Origin: Anthoceros angustus
Lineage: Eukaryota > Plantae > Anthocerotophyta
Assembly (NCBI GenBank): GCA_010909165.1
Contig: VJWM01000126.1
Span: 1 to 64,000, forward strand
Reading direction: 5' to 3'
DNA: 64,000 bases
A model generated the notes under the pieces. That model was not told the origin of the DNA. It worked only from the letters and a program-made list of their open reading frames with translations, and made no database searches. This document shows, in pieces, positions 1-11,405 of the stretch; position 1 is the first letter of the stretch, and every line of letters begins with the position of its first letter. A program made the translations under genes and the position numbers.

Positions 1-358
1 GTGGGGAATCTTCACAAAGACGTGTTTAACGCTTGTCTAAAAGGTATATGCAAAGAAAGATCTTCTCCGAATTGAAATGGAGGTAAATGACTAATTACTT
101 TTACTTTTTGTTTGTAGTTATCGGAGAATCAAAACGAGTTGTTTCACTCTTTGAGGTGAGTACTAAAGTTAAAAATAGATAAGTTTTATATATGAATTCG
201 ACAATGGTTTAAATTGCGTAAATATTCTCGCTTGACGAAATATTCAAATGATAATACATTTATCCGACCATACAATCAGCAGCTCAAAAGTACTATTCTC
301 AAGAGACGGACGACCGTAACCATATTACACTCCATCTACTCCAATAGAATATGTGTGA
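1..358 (+). CDS. Last three exons of the element's second gene (unknown function)
   Basis: Exon ..WGIFTKTCLTLV.KVYAKKDLLRIEME|gtaaat, 39-nt exon LSENQNELFSLFE|gtgagt, and last exon ending ..PYYTPSTPIEYV-TGA (356-358). Matches copies A and B. Confidence 0.7.
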
Positions 359-667
359 TTTAACCAAAAATATTTTGATTAGAGCCTAATTACGACAAGG
401 ATGATGATAATCCTTTTATTGTGTAAAAGGATTGAAAACGAAATGATACGAGTGAAGTTACCGTAAGAGAGAGAGAAATGACATATAAGCCGGGTGGTAT
501 AGGCACCCGCCTAAACAGATCACCTCGGCCCCGCCCGGCCTGATCGAGTTGCGCTCGCCCTGCACCGCCGCCCCTTACGCCAGAACGGACGCTGCCGGGC
601 GCACGGCCTGAACGGCCCGCCTCACGGCCTCGACCGTTCTCGGCCGCGGACGCCTCCGCGTGTTCTA
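1..667. mobile_element. Terminal part of a third copy (D) of the large Crypton-like YR element
   Basis: Direct copy of 51814-52503 and reverse complement of about 23512-24170. Ends ...CGCGTGTTCTA followed by ATACAA (668-673), the same gag junction as copy B. Confidence 0.8.
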
Positions 668-2260
668 ATACAAACACATCTTCGTCCAAATAGGTTTCGC
701 ACGACATGAGTCCTTGTTTGCTCACGCTCATAGCAGCCGCCTTGCGCCGACCTCACTAAGCAAAGGCTTTCGTAGCTCGTGACCCGTTCGCTTGTCCATT
801 GCTCGGTCTCCTAGGCCCTTGGGTTTGAGTTCAGATGGCTTGCTACAAGAAGCGGCTCGTATGTCCGGTTTTACCACATGCCCGCGCCTCTTTCTCCTTT
901 GACCCACCAACACGATGCTCACATTCATACGCCTTGTGCGGCCCCTTGCACCGCAAACACTTTACGGATGTCTTGAAGCTTACACGTGAGCCACTTGATC
1001 CTTTGATGGCGGCTCTGAGCTGCTCACCGCATGCTCGCGATAATGTGACTTCCTGTGCTGCTTCTAAATGTTCTGCGTGTGACCTCCGATCACATTGTGC
1101 TCCTCGAAGCATTGGTGATGATCTCCCTTCATAACTCTTTCGGCCATCTGCACCGCCCAACTCATAATCCGCCCCATGTAGCATATGCGTAGTTGGCGAT
1201 CACCTCCTCTGTCCTTCCAGCAGAATGTAGGCGCTGCCTCCTCATGGTCTTCACCTTGGTGTCTTTCACCACCTCAACCGTAGATATGCATCTTAGAGGC
1301 TCATTCGCTTGATCACAAACTTTGACAACTCTTGGATTTTCTCAATGGAAGATCTGGAACATCTCACCAAACTTGACGAACATCTCGTCCACCAAATAAG
1401 TGATGACCTCGGATTGCGAACCCGATGATCCGGTTCTTCATCATCGACCTTGGAGCCTTTCCTTGCCGCTTCATTCGCAGCGACATGTGTGCATCCTGCG
1501 ATCTTTTCTTTGCGATCCGATAGTAGCGTTAAAGCTTCACCGGCTAGAAACGTGCTCATCTTCCGAGTGCCATCTCGGTGTGAACTCGGACTTGTATTTG
1601 AGCACCATCTCATCAATCGCCCATCGAACTTCTCTTCAAAGTCGCAAGAGACATACTACCGTGTCTGGTGAACACATCATTTTTCTGGTGGTTCATAATC
1701 CATCCTGGCGCCACCACGATTTTCTTCAAAGTCAATGGATCGATGTGACTCCACTCAAATCGACCACTTGTCCTACGGACGAAGGAAGGCATGCCCGGGA
1801 TTGTGCCCGGTGTGCTTTCGTCGTCCACCCGACTGTAACAACACCATCACTATCAATCCCTCCCCGCGAGACTATGTAAGGCATTCCGTCAAAGTTGCGC
1901 CTTCCGGCCCATCCGCCAACCATGCCGAGTCAATCACCTCACCCGAGACGTTGAAAATACCGCTGCCCACTCCACCGAGATCGGCCCACTCGAATGGATA
2001 CGCATAAAGGAATAATCCAAGGTGTTTTCTCGGCTTTACCATGGACTTATCTGGTCGCTCACCGGCTTGGGGTCACGATTGACTTCCTCTTCTCCGTCTT
2101 CGCTCGAATCTCGGGCCCCTCTCTGGACCCTTCGAGTCGCGTTACCTTGTGTGGCTTCACCGATGCGGATTGTTGATGTGCAAAATCTCGACTTGGGATG
2201 GTTGTCCTCTGCACACCACTGAAGCATCACAAGGTTTCGTAAAATGCTTGGGATAGGCAT
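668..2260 (-). pseudogene. gag: Ty3/gypsy gag, 5' part (duplicate of 52504-55260), frameshifted
   Basis: Zinc knuckles CLRCKGPHKAYEC and C.ACGKTGHT; capsid-like SSIEKIQELSKFVIK region; upstream boundary approximate. Confidence 0.7.
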
Positions 2261-2525
2261 TCTATCGAGACATCAACAATCCGCCCTCAATGACGGATTG
2301 GGCTTTGTAGCCTACACGCCGATCTTAATCGGCCAAGCGCCGTGATCACACCCGCACATGTCGGGAGATCTTCGCCACGAGCCGTAATGCGCTTGACCAT
2401 TCGCTTGTATGGTCCACATAACCACGACACCATCCTATTTCCATACCCATGCCACTCATCATGCCACCACACACATAGCACACGCACACCATCAAATTTT
2501 CTTATCTACCTCTTTCTATGCTGCC

Positions 2526-3560
2526 ATGACGCCCACCACCTTTGAGAATTTCTTGGGTAAAAGCCACAATGGAGAATTTCTCAAACCCCTTCTGCATGAT
2601 ACGGATGGCAGTTGATTACTTTGAAACTAGCGCGTGAAAATGCCACGGGTGCTACCAACATGCAAACAAAGGCCATTTGCATCTCACCCAGATAACCGTA
2701 CCACGGTTGCCATAAAAGTGATAGTGGGTGGGCGAGAGGTCCACGGGTTGTCGGTCGGAAGGTTGATCGGGATGTCGTCATGCTATGTTATCCCTCCACT
2801 GCCGAGAGGGAGGGTAGTCGCTTTGCCCGCCTCACGCAGTCCCCCACTCTAATAAGCGCAGAGCTCATCCCTCGAAGAGGTCTGTCACCCAACTCCCAAC
2901 TTGGATCGGACACGTCACGACACAACAAGATCAACCCGAGCCGGCAGACCGCCCAAGTCCACTAGCCCCCGCTTGGTCATAGAAGGGCGCTCACCTTCCA
3001 GCTGCTGCCGAAGGTGAGAAAAATTTGTTATACCCTGCCTTTACTTTTGGAAAAACACTATGGGTTATATCTGCAAAATCATTGCACTTCCTTCCCACGC
3101 GCCGACTTTCGTGAGCGTGTTGTTCCTTTCACAGGCAGCCGGACCCTGATGTCTTCATGAAAGATCATGTTATCGAAATGGGTACCAATTCTCGCTGAGA
3201 AGCCATGGATGGGTCCCGACTTCGCCATTATATCCGTGTGGAGTTGTGAATTCCACCACAAGCTTGGTGGAATTCACAACAGAGTGAGTACGGCAAGAGG
3301 TGAAGCATGGTGAGTGCCAGCAATCACAAAACCTACCTTTCTCGAATCTCAGCAAGAACTGACATTATCAGCAGGCACAAGAGTGCAACTTTACTGGCTT
3401 TGCACATTCTAGTCAAGCTCGTAGCTAGAAACAAGTATTCAAGTCCACAGACACGTCTGGACAGAAGGCCAATGTCAGCAAACCTGTCTACCTTTGTTCA
3501 TAGCTACCTTGATCAACCAGCTTTCCTCTGTACTAAAAACCAGTATGTACCAAGACTAGC
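2526..3560 (+). CDS. Unknown protein (ORF-X), probably intron-containing, convergent with the RING gene
   Basis: Frameshifted reading TFENF..KATMENFSNPFCMIPMAVDY ... KPWMGPDFAII. Putative donor catg|gtgagt near 3310. A paralogue lies on the minus strand at about 6340-7000 and a second copy at 55532-56620. Confidence 0.4.
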
Positions 3561-3712
3561 TGGAAGGAGCAACAGGCAGCTATAGAGGACAAGGTGAAAT
3601 TTTCTTTTCTTTTAATTTCTCCCGTTTGTTGCATGCTCCCTCGCGTGTCCACTCTTGTCGCTTGCCTCTTCTTTCCTGGCCCAAATTGGAAATTGGAACA
3701 GCAGCAGCACTA

Positions 3713-4612
3713 TTAGCGCACAGAGACGAGACCATTGTTCCGGTGATCGGGACTCTGCAAACAGGGCAATCACCCATCTGCTGCGTGCAGGAGTTGCAAT
3801 ACAGGAAATGACGGCAAGGTAAGATGACGGTGTCCCTGGCCTGCTCCCAGCAGATCGTGCACATAATCTTCTCCTGCTCTTCCTCCAGGTACTCACGCAT
3901 CTCGTTCCTGTCCGACTCAAGGAAGGCGACAGCTGCCCGCAACCAAGAGTTCTCCTCCAGCAGCCTCCACAGTTTGGTACAGACAGCCAAATCCTTGTCG
4001 CCCTCACCGCATCCCAGGCCTCCTTCTCCTCCTCCAATCTCTGCAGCTCGGCAGCGAAACCCGCATCCGGATCCGTTGCCTCCATGTCCTCCGTCATCCT
4101 CCGCCGCTGCTCTCTCTCTTCCTCCTCCACTTCCGTGGGTCCCGCCCGCGTTCCAGAGCCTTCTGGACGCTCAATCCTTCACGCTCTCTAATAAGCTCAT
4201 GCTCCCTGCGCTCGGTGCGGATGACTCGGAGATTGGTCTGCTGTTGGTTCTTGGTCAGTGTGTACAACGCTTTGTGTTTGTTTGCACCCGCTTTGGGTTC
4301 GTTTCTGACACAGCTTGTCACTTCTTCCTCCGCGCAGAAGTTCTGTCTTCGCGTCAAGCAGAACTTCTTCCTCCTCCAGGCTTTCCAGCAGCTCCTCGTA
4401 GGACAAGAGCTCAAGGGACGCAGCCAGGTTCCTCCGCCTGTCGTCACGCTTTGTCCGTTCGTTGCGGATCAGTTGCAGCCTGTGCGTGGCCTGTTGAGAA
4501 TTCGTCTCACAGTGCCGCACAACTTTTATTGCTCCTCGAACTCCTCCTCCAGCTCGTCGTCGCTCAGCAGCATCAGATCGTCAGCCAGGTTACCCTCCTT
4601 CTCACCCGCCAT
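3713..4612 (-). CDS. Coiled-coil protein with C-terminal C3HC4 RING finger (putative E3 ubiquitin ligase), intronless, about 300 aa
   Basis: Start MAGEKEGNLADDL; RING CTICWEQARDTVILPCRHFLYCNSCTQQMGDCPVCR. Stop TAATAG is in frame in the 56768-57675 copy (..TGTMVSSVR*). Confidence 0.8.
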
Positions 4613-4928
4613 TCCTTGGCAGCCACGATGCAAAGCCCAGTATCCTCACCTTTCACGCTAGTATAAACCAAGCCATGCCGTGAGCTGGTTTGTATGGCAT
4701 ACTCCGTTCCGTTGGATATTTTATATTCGATATTCGATCATCAAGGCCAGCCGCCAGCGTGGGACGATGCCTCGGTACCCTGCCCTTGCTTTAGGGTATA
4801 GCAACGCTTGCTCTTATTATAAATACGCTCCCATGTGTGTCTCAAAGTCATTCTCATCCAACCAAGTTCTCTTCCACCTCTGCATGGGGAGCGTGAACGC
4901 ACTTGGGTCTGCAAGCTGGTAGCGAAGA
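4613..4928. promoter_or_regulatory. Putative bidirectional promoter between head-to-head RING paralogues
   Basis: About 315 bp between two divergent ATGs, with TATA-like TATTATAAATA (about 4815-4825) and TAGTATAAAC (about 4660). Confidence 0.4.
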
Positions 4929-6077
4929 ATGGCGGGACGTGTGGAAGTGTCCAGGCCAGCTATGGCGGCTGAGGCATGCGCAGAGGCCGAGCTAGCTATG
5001 AACAAGCTGCAGGCTAGGCTACCCAAGGTAGTTGAGAAGGCTGAGGGCGGCTAGGCTGGCTGAGGAGAGGTAGGCGCGCTGAGTACCAGGCTTGGCTGGC
5101 TGATGAGGAGGCTAGACAGGCTGAGGAGGTGGCTAGGTTGGCTGAGGATCCGGAGGAGAACACGCAGGCTAAGGAGGAGGCTATGCTGGCTGCGGACCTG
5201 AGGCGGTGTCCGACAAGGAGCTGGAGGAGAGGCTCCAGGAGCAGGAAGGCTTTTGTGGTGTGCGTCCGCGATATTGAAGTTGTCGGCATTGGTCAGGCAA
5301 ACCAGAAACGATTCGGTAGCCGTGCTCGCGAATGCCGCATGGAGGAAGAAGCAGGCCATCAGCAAGATCGACGTGATCCAAAACGAGCGCAGAGCGGGAG
5401 CGCAGTCGGGAGCAGAGCTGAGGCTCCAGGTTTAGAGATCCTTATGCAAAACCGACTCCGACTTCGGAGGAGAGACAAATTGCCATTAACATGTGCTTGT
5501 CTTGTGCAGAATTGGGGAATCTAGACGATGGGCCAGGGTCCAGGGTGCGTGCCTGTATGCAGGCGGCGTCGCATGTGGCGGGGAAGCGCTCGAGGACAGG
5601 CAATGCAGTGACTGGGTAAAAGGGATGTCGCTGAAGATGGAGGGGTTTGCTGTACGCGCGTCCGCCGGCATGAGCTTGCCACAGATTTTGGAGGAGGAGA
5701 AGGAGAAGGTGAGGAAGAAAGAGAGGAGGCAAGGGATGCTACATGTCGCCCTGAGCGGCGGAGGCTGGAGGAGGAGAACGCCGAGCTGCGAAAGGGTATA
5801 GCCTTTGCGCGAAGGGATGCGCTGACCCGTAGGAATACGCATCGGAATCAGATTGCGGAACTTGAGTCCGAGAGGACACGCTGCGTCAGGATCTGGAGGC
5901 AGAGCGGAGAAGAGTATGTGCAAGGTCTGCTATGTGGAGCCCAGGCACAGCGTCGTCTTACCTTGCTTTCATTTCCTGTTGTGCAAGTCGTGTATGAAGC
6001 GGGCCCTGGACCGGGCCATTCCTTGCCCTACTTGCAGAGTCCCCATCACCGGATCAATGGCAGTGTTCGTGTCATAG
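4929..6077 (+). CDS. RING-finger E3-like paralogue 2 with Ala/Glu-rich N-terminus (frameshifted)
   Basis: MAGRVEV..; SDKELEERLQEQEGFCGV aligns to SDDELEEEFEE..LCG of paralogue 1. RING CKVCYVEPRHSVVLPCFHFLLCKSC..AIPCPTCRVPITG, stop at 6077. Confidence 0.75.
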
Positions 6078-6339
6078 TAGTAGTGCCACCGGATCCTAAT
6101 CTATGTGTTAGGGCAACTTGTGCTGTCCCAATTCTCCCAGTCTGAGTCTGGGACTGGCTGTGTTGCAACTTGCGAAAACTCTGCCAGCGACAAATCTGCA
6201 CAAGCAAGTTAAGAGCTAAGCAGCGAGGAGAGAAGAATTCTTGTCCTGTATAGGCTTGCTGCTTCTCTCTAGCTATACTAGGAGCTGATTGATAAGGGAG
6301 CTATGAACAAAGGCAATGAGTTTGCTTACATTCCAATAA

Positions 6340-7000
6340 TTCTAGCTACGAGCTTGACTAGAATGTGCAAAGCCAGTAAAGTTGCCACTCTTGTGCCTGC
6401 TGATGATGTCAGTTCTTGCTGAGATTCGAGAAAGGTAGGTTTTGTGATTGCTTGTACTCACCATGCTTCACCTCTTGTACTCCCATTCCAGCATCGAAGC
6501 TTTAGGGTCTGTTGCCCACCACTCAATGGAAGAGGCGGTCGTCGACAAGATACGTGTCCAGATGATGGCATTTATGCATTAAGCTGCCAACATTTAGCCC
6601 TGCGAACATCCTGTCTATCAGGAGTAATCTGAGGTCGTGGATGGGCAGGACATCAAAGTAACCTGTCTGGAAAAGGGAAAGAGGGTCAACGTCGAAGCTG
6701 CAGTACTTCGATTCAAATGTGTCTGTTGGTAACACTTTTTGTTGCTTGTTTGTTGGTATTGACATGTATACTAAATGTGGAAGCTGGTTAAATGCCATTA
6801 CGAGCTGAACACCCTGTCTCACCGCACTGGAGGCGCTCTTAGCAGTTTCTATCCATGAAGTCTTTTGTCCAGCAAGTAATCAGCTGGCATCGGTATCATG
6901 CAGAAGGGTCTTGGTAAATTCTCCATTGTGGTCTTTACCCTGAAGAAATTCTCAAAGGTGGCCTTAACCCTGAACTCTCTGCCACCTGATGCTTACATGC
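6340..7000 (-). pseudogene. Paralogue of ORF-X
   Basis: 6340-6470 is an inverted near-copy of 3295-3430. 6890-6965 reverse-complemented matches 2535-2620 (TFENF..KTTMEN..PFCMIPM). Confidence 0.5.
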
Positions 7001-8393
7001 ATGCTGAATGTGGCAGCAGGGTGGACGCGAGCAGCATGTATTTGATAAATGACCCACATACTCTTGCAGGCTCAAGAGTGAATGAACCACCTGCATACTT
7101 TCCTCAGTGTTCTAAGAATGGACTTGTGCAAATAGTGCGGTACGATAGGATGAGATATGTATCAGGGTGTTTCGCTCGATATGACGATGCTTTTGAAAGC
7201 CCGTCATATTCTGGGACATACTAGCTGCAATACGGATTGTTTCTCACGCTGAGGTCAGTTTTCAAATACATGGTGTGCGTCCACCATGCTGCAATCAGCA
7301 TACATGAGCCCAGGGAAACAATTCAGGCTGAAGGCCACATTAGAGACTCTATTTGTGAATTTCGGGACATACGTGTCGACCAGATAGTTACCAATCACAT
7401 TAGAACGTGGTGCTGCCAGCAACTGGCAACACTTCCTCCTCGAAAATCGAATGATTCCCGAAATAAATGAAGCAGTAAACCCATCACTAACTCTGTTCAC
7501 AACACACCAGGGCAAAACGCTGCACAGGAAAGAAATATCCTCACCATTCAGCAGTCCAATATTGCAGGCCTACTCCGTACGAGTAACTGCGTGGACAACC
7601 CCACTGTGACATGATTATCTTGTACAGACAGCATTGAGATCTCACCGGTACCTGACATGAATCAGCCCTAGACAAACGCACAGTAACGACTACATCACTG
7701 TCATCGATGAAACAACCTCTCCTGGCAACACCATCAAACCCCTGCGAGCATCCCTCAAGCTCCCACATTCTCCATAGAGCCATGACGCCCATTCACGATC
7801 CTGCACACGCCCAAGCTCTGGCTTGTCCGGAGAGCTCGAATTGGAAGGCGACGCACCATGGCCCATCTGAATATCCAAAGAAACCAGCTGCCCATCAACA
7901 CAACATGCCTGGGGCAAGCGGTTTAACCACCGAACCTACCCTTACGCAGGAAGGCCAAACGAACGCGAGTGCCATATCCGAGGTATGTGAGTGTACCATT
8001 TTATCAAAGGTATGGTGAGCAGGGCACCAGCCGCGCCTGCGCAAACCAACAAAGGGCTGGCATGGCACAAGCCTGCAGACTGCGCACTCCGGACTCAAAA
8101 CCAATCCAAAAGTCTCTCCTCGGTTCACCGCTGTGAAGAGAACTCAGACTTGTCAAGTAAACGAACAGGCTGAAGGGCTCGGACGGCCACCCATTGGACA
8201 AAGCAACAACTGACATTAGCTAGATGCGTTGCAATAGCAGCTGGCCAGTCTGCAAGCACAAGAGTATCAACTTGGCTACTGGCTTTGCACATTGCAAGCT
8301 CCTGAAAACAGCTGTCAAAGCCGGGAGACATGTATGCAAAGACTGTATCTTGTCGACAACAGACCAATGTCATCAGCCTCTGCAAAGCATCAC

Positions 8394-9557
8394 CTAACTT
8401 TGTGGATAACAGGACAATGTCAAAACCTGGCTACCTTTCGTCATGGGTAGGTACCCATGAAGCAAGGTAGCCAGCCTCTCATAAAAACCAGCATGTACCC
8501 TAGACCAGCTGGAGAGGAGGAGGCCTATACAGGACGAGGTGAAACACCTTTTTCCCTCTTTGCTCAGCTCTCCCTTGCTTAGGTCTTGTCCAGCTTGCCT
8601 CTTCCCTTGCTTGCTGGTCTTGTCGAATTTTTCTGTGATGCTGCCAACAGTAGCATGCTTTTCCTCCCTTTCCCGCAACAGCGCGGCCTGCTGTCTCATC
8701 CTCATGCTCTCCTTGCTTAGGTCTTGTCCAGCTTGCCTCTTCCCTTGCTTGCTGGTCTTGTCGAATTTTTCTGTGATGCTGCCAACAGTAGCATGCTTTT
8801 CCTCCCTTTCCCGCAACAGCGCGGCCTGCTGTCTCATCCTCATGCTCTTCCTTTTGCACTATCTGTGCCATGGCCATGCTGCTCGCTTGGCTTCTAGTTT
8901 TTCCTCGCCGCATGCAACTCCGTGGCCCCTTCCTTGAAAATTCGCCAATTATGCACAATACAAGCACACGTTAATGGCGTTGTCAATTTCATTTTCCTCC
9001 CTTGAATACGACTCCAGGGATTTGCACACGGAAGGAAGGTGGACGGTAGCTCTAAACCCCTGCAGACCAGTGAGCATCCGCCACCTCATTCCGGCATCTT
9101 TGGGAAGCCTCAATCTTCTCCTGGCCGCAATCACGCTCTCTGCGTTCGTTGCGGATGACTTGAATCTTGCCCTTCTTCTTCAATATGGCGTCCGGATGCA
9201 ATGACCTTCCTACATCCGGTTTCTGTCTTCAGCTTTTTGTCCAGGGAAGTTGATGTACTCCGCTTCGCACAAACGTTTTTCTGTTTCTCAAGCCTCGTTA
9301 CCAGCTCCTCGTCGGACAGGTCCTTCAGATACGCAGCAAGGTCCCATCGGCTGCGCTGACGCTCTTGCGGTCGTTGCGGATCATTTGAAGCTGCTTCTCC
9401 AACTTCATATCCTTGACCCCTTTCCTTCTCGACCCCTGTGCCGTGTCTAACAACCTTTGCCACCAACGTAATTTTCCCCTCACTCGAGCCTTTCCTCAAG
9501 CATGTTATCTGATTGCAGCTTCAGTTCCGCAGCAAGACTGCCCTCCTTATCCGCCAT
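8394..9557 (-). pseudogene. RING-gene paralogue 3 with the RING domain deleted
   Basis: Start MADKEGSLAAELKLQSDNMLEERLE and DLAAYLKDLSDEELVTRLE align to paralogue 1. The sequence jumps from HATV directly into the region that lies downstream of the RING in paralogue 4. Confidence 0.6.
8573..8848. repeat. 138-bp (46-codon) tandem duplication
   Basis: ccttgcttaggtc.. starts at 8573 and 8711; the two copies appear identical. Confidence 0.9.
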
Positions 9558-9616
9558 TCCTCGCCAGCCGTGATGCAGAGCCCAGTATCCTCAACCTACA
9601 TGCAAGGCAGAGGCGT

Positions 9617-9737
9617 ACAGACACCCGTTGCATATGTATATGGCGGGTGTCTGTAATCACATGGGCAAGCACATGCGATTGCAGACACCCGCACATGTGA
9701 TAAGGGCAAGATGTGACACATCCCCTTATCACATGTG
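9617..9737. repeat. Cluster of three chained inverted repeats
   Basis: ACAGACACCCG/CGGGTGTCTGT (11 bp perfect); GCGGGTGTCTGTAATCACATG/CATGCGATTGCAGACACCCGC (19/21); CACATGTGATAAGGG/CCCTTATCACATGTG (15 bp perfect). Confidence 0.9.
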
Positions 9738-9749
9738 ATTAGGGACAAA

Positions 9750-10431
9750 CCTTCCTTCTCACAGGCCTGCAGGAGGTTTAGAGCTACCTTCCTACCTTCC
9801 TTCTCAAAGGTCTGCAGGTTTAGAGATACCGTCCTACCTTCTACCTTCCTTGTGCAAAGCCCTCCCTTCTTGAAAATCGGATGTGGAGGAGGGACAGTGA
9901 AATTGACAATGCCACTAACGGGCGAATTCCCAAGGGAGGGGGCCACGGAGTGCAGGAGGATGTCTCTCTGCACGAGGCTCTGCATGCAGGGCGGAAAACC
10001 AGAAGCCTGGCAAGCGAGCGGCGAGGTACAGGGATGAAGTTGGAGGAGCTTGATGAGCTCGGCTCCTCCACCATGGCCATGGCGCAGATAGTGGAAAAGG
10101 AGAATGAGGAAGGGAGAGGAGGCCGCGCTAATGCGGAGAGAGGAGGCAAGGCATGCAACAGTTGTTTCCGAGCTGCAAAGCATGGAGGCGAGAGAATATA
10201 GCCTCTGAACGAACGGCTGCACTTGACCTTAGGAATGAGCGTTAGCAAATTGCGTCCGACCTGGAGGCGGAGCAGGAGAAAAATATGTAAGATCTGCTTT
10301 GTGGAGGCCAGGAACACCGTGGTCTTACCTTGCTTTCATTACTCGTGCATGCAGCGGCACAGGGACCAGACCCTACTTGCCCTACTTGCACAGACCCCAT
10401 CACCGGATCAATGGCCTTGTATGTGGCATAG
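9750..10431 (+). pseudogene. RING paralogue 4, 5'-truncated and frameshifted
   Basis: KICKICFVEARNTVVLPCFH..CM....CPTC.DPITGSMALYVA*. 9750-9915 is an inverted relative of 8950-9090. Confidence 0.65.
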
Positions 10432-11199
10432 TAGTGGTACTGCTGCTGTCCCAATTTTCTAACCTGGGACCCGCTTTGTCTGCTGAACTCTGCCATCATC
10501 ACAGAAAAACTTAGACGAAACCAGCAAGGGAAGAGGTAAGGACAACACTAAGAAGTAAGCTGGCCAAGACTAAGCGAAGGGAGAGCTAAGCAACGAGGGA
10601 CAAGAGATTTTTCACCTCGTCTTGTATAGGCATGCTCCTCCTCTCCAGCTAGTCTGGGTGCATACCGGTTTTTGTTAGAGAGGAGCGCTGGTTGAACAAG
10701 GTACCCACGAACAAAGCCGGTAGCCACATTTGCTTGTTATCCACACGATTAATTCTTTGCAGACATGTCTCTGGGCTTTGAATGAAGAGCTGTTTGTAGG
10801 AGCTTGCCTTGAATGTGCAAAGCCAGTTGCTAGTGTTGACACTCTCGCGTGCCTGCAGACTGGCCAGCCAGCTGCTTTTACAGCACATCTACCTGCAATA
10901 AGAGCTCTACATGTCCTTCCATGCCCAAGCAGTGTCAAAAACCCGTGCATCTTCCATTTCGTCGAATTTGGCACACCTGTTCACGAGGCGGTTACCAACC
11001 AGTATTTTATCTTGCAGTCCTCGTTCCAAAGATGTAACGCACCAGTGCATGCACAGACCTTCAGAAGGGCACCTGCCTGGTGGACATGTATGCAAAATTC
11101 GGAGAACTGGAGTAATGCCCAATGATGGAGAACTGGAGGCAAAAGGCGCTTGTTGTGTATGGGCAAGTGGACCGGGAGGGGCCTAATTGTGGCTGACCA

Positions 11200-11386
11200 T
11201 GTTACATGTGAACCAAAGCGATCTAGACCAGACACACGACACACAGAGAAGAACAACGAGTAGTGTGTTTCATTATGAGCCTGAAAAGGCATTACACAAG
11301 AGCAGAACGAAGAGTCACGTCTGTTCATATAGCGTCCCTAAACAAAAGGAGAAACGAGCTTCACGTAAAACGTAACCAGTTTCACA
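11200..11386 (-). mobile_element. 3' LTR of copia element 1
   Basis: TG...CA ends, adjoined by a short purine tract (plus-strand CCCCTT at 11387) immediately after the RNase H stop. No matching 5' LTR was found in the window. Confidence 0.55.
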
Positions 11387-11405
11387 CCCCTTGAAGCGAG
11401 ATGAT

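Noticed and set aside
3580-3712. C-terminal extension of the RING protein shown in the ORF track
   Set aside because: A frameshift artefact; the sister copy and paralogues 2 and 4 stop directly after the RING.
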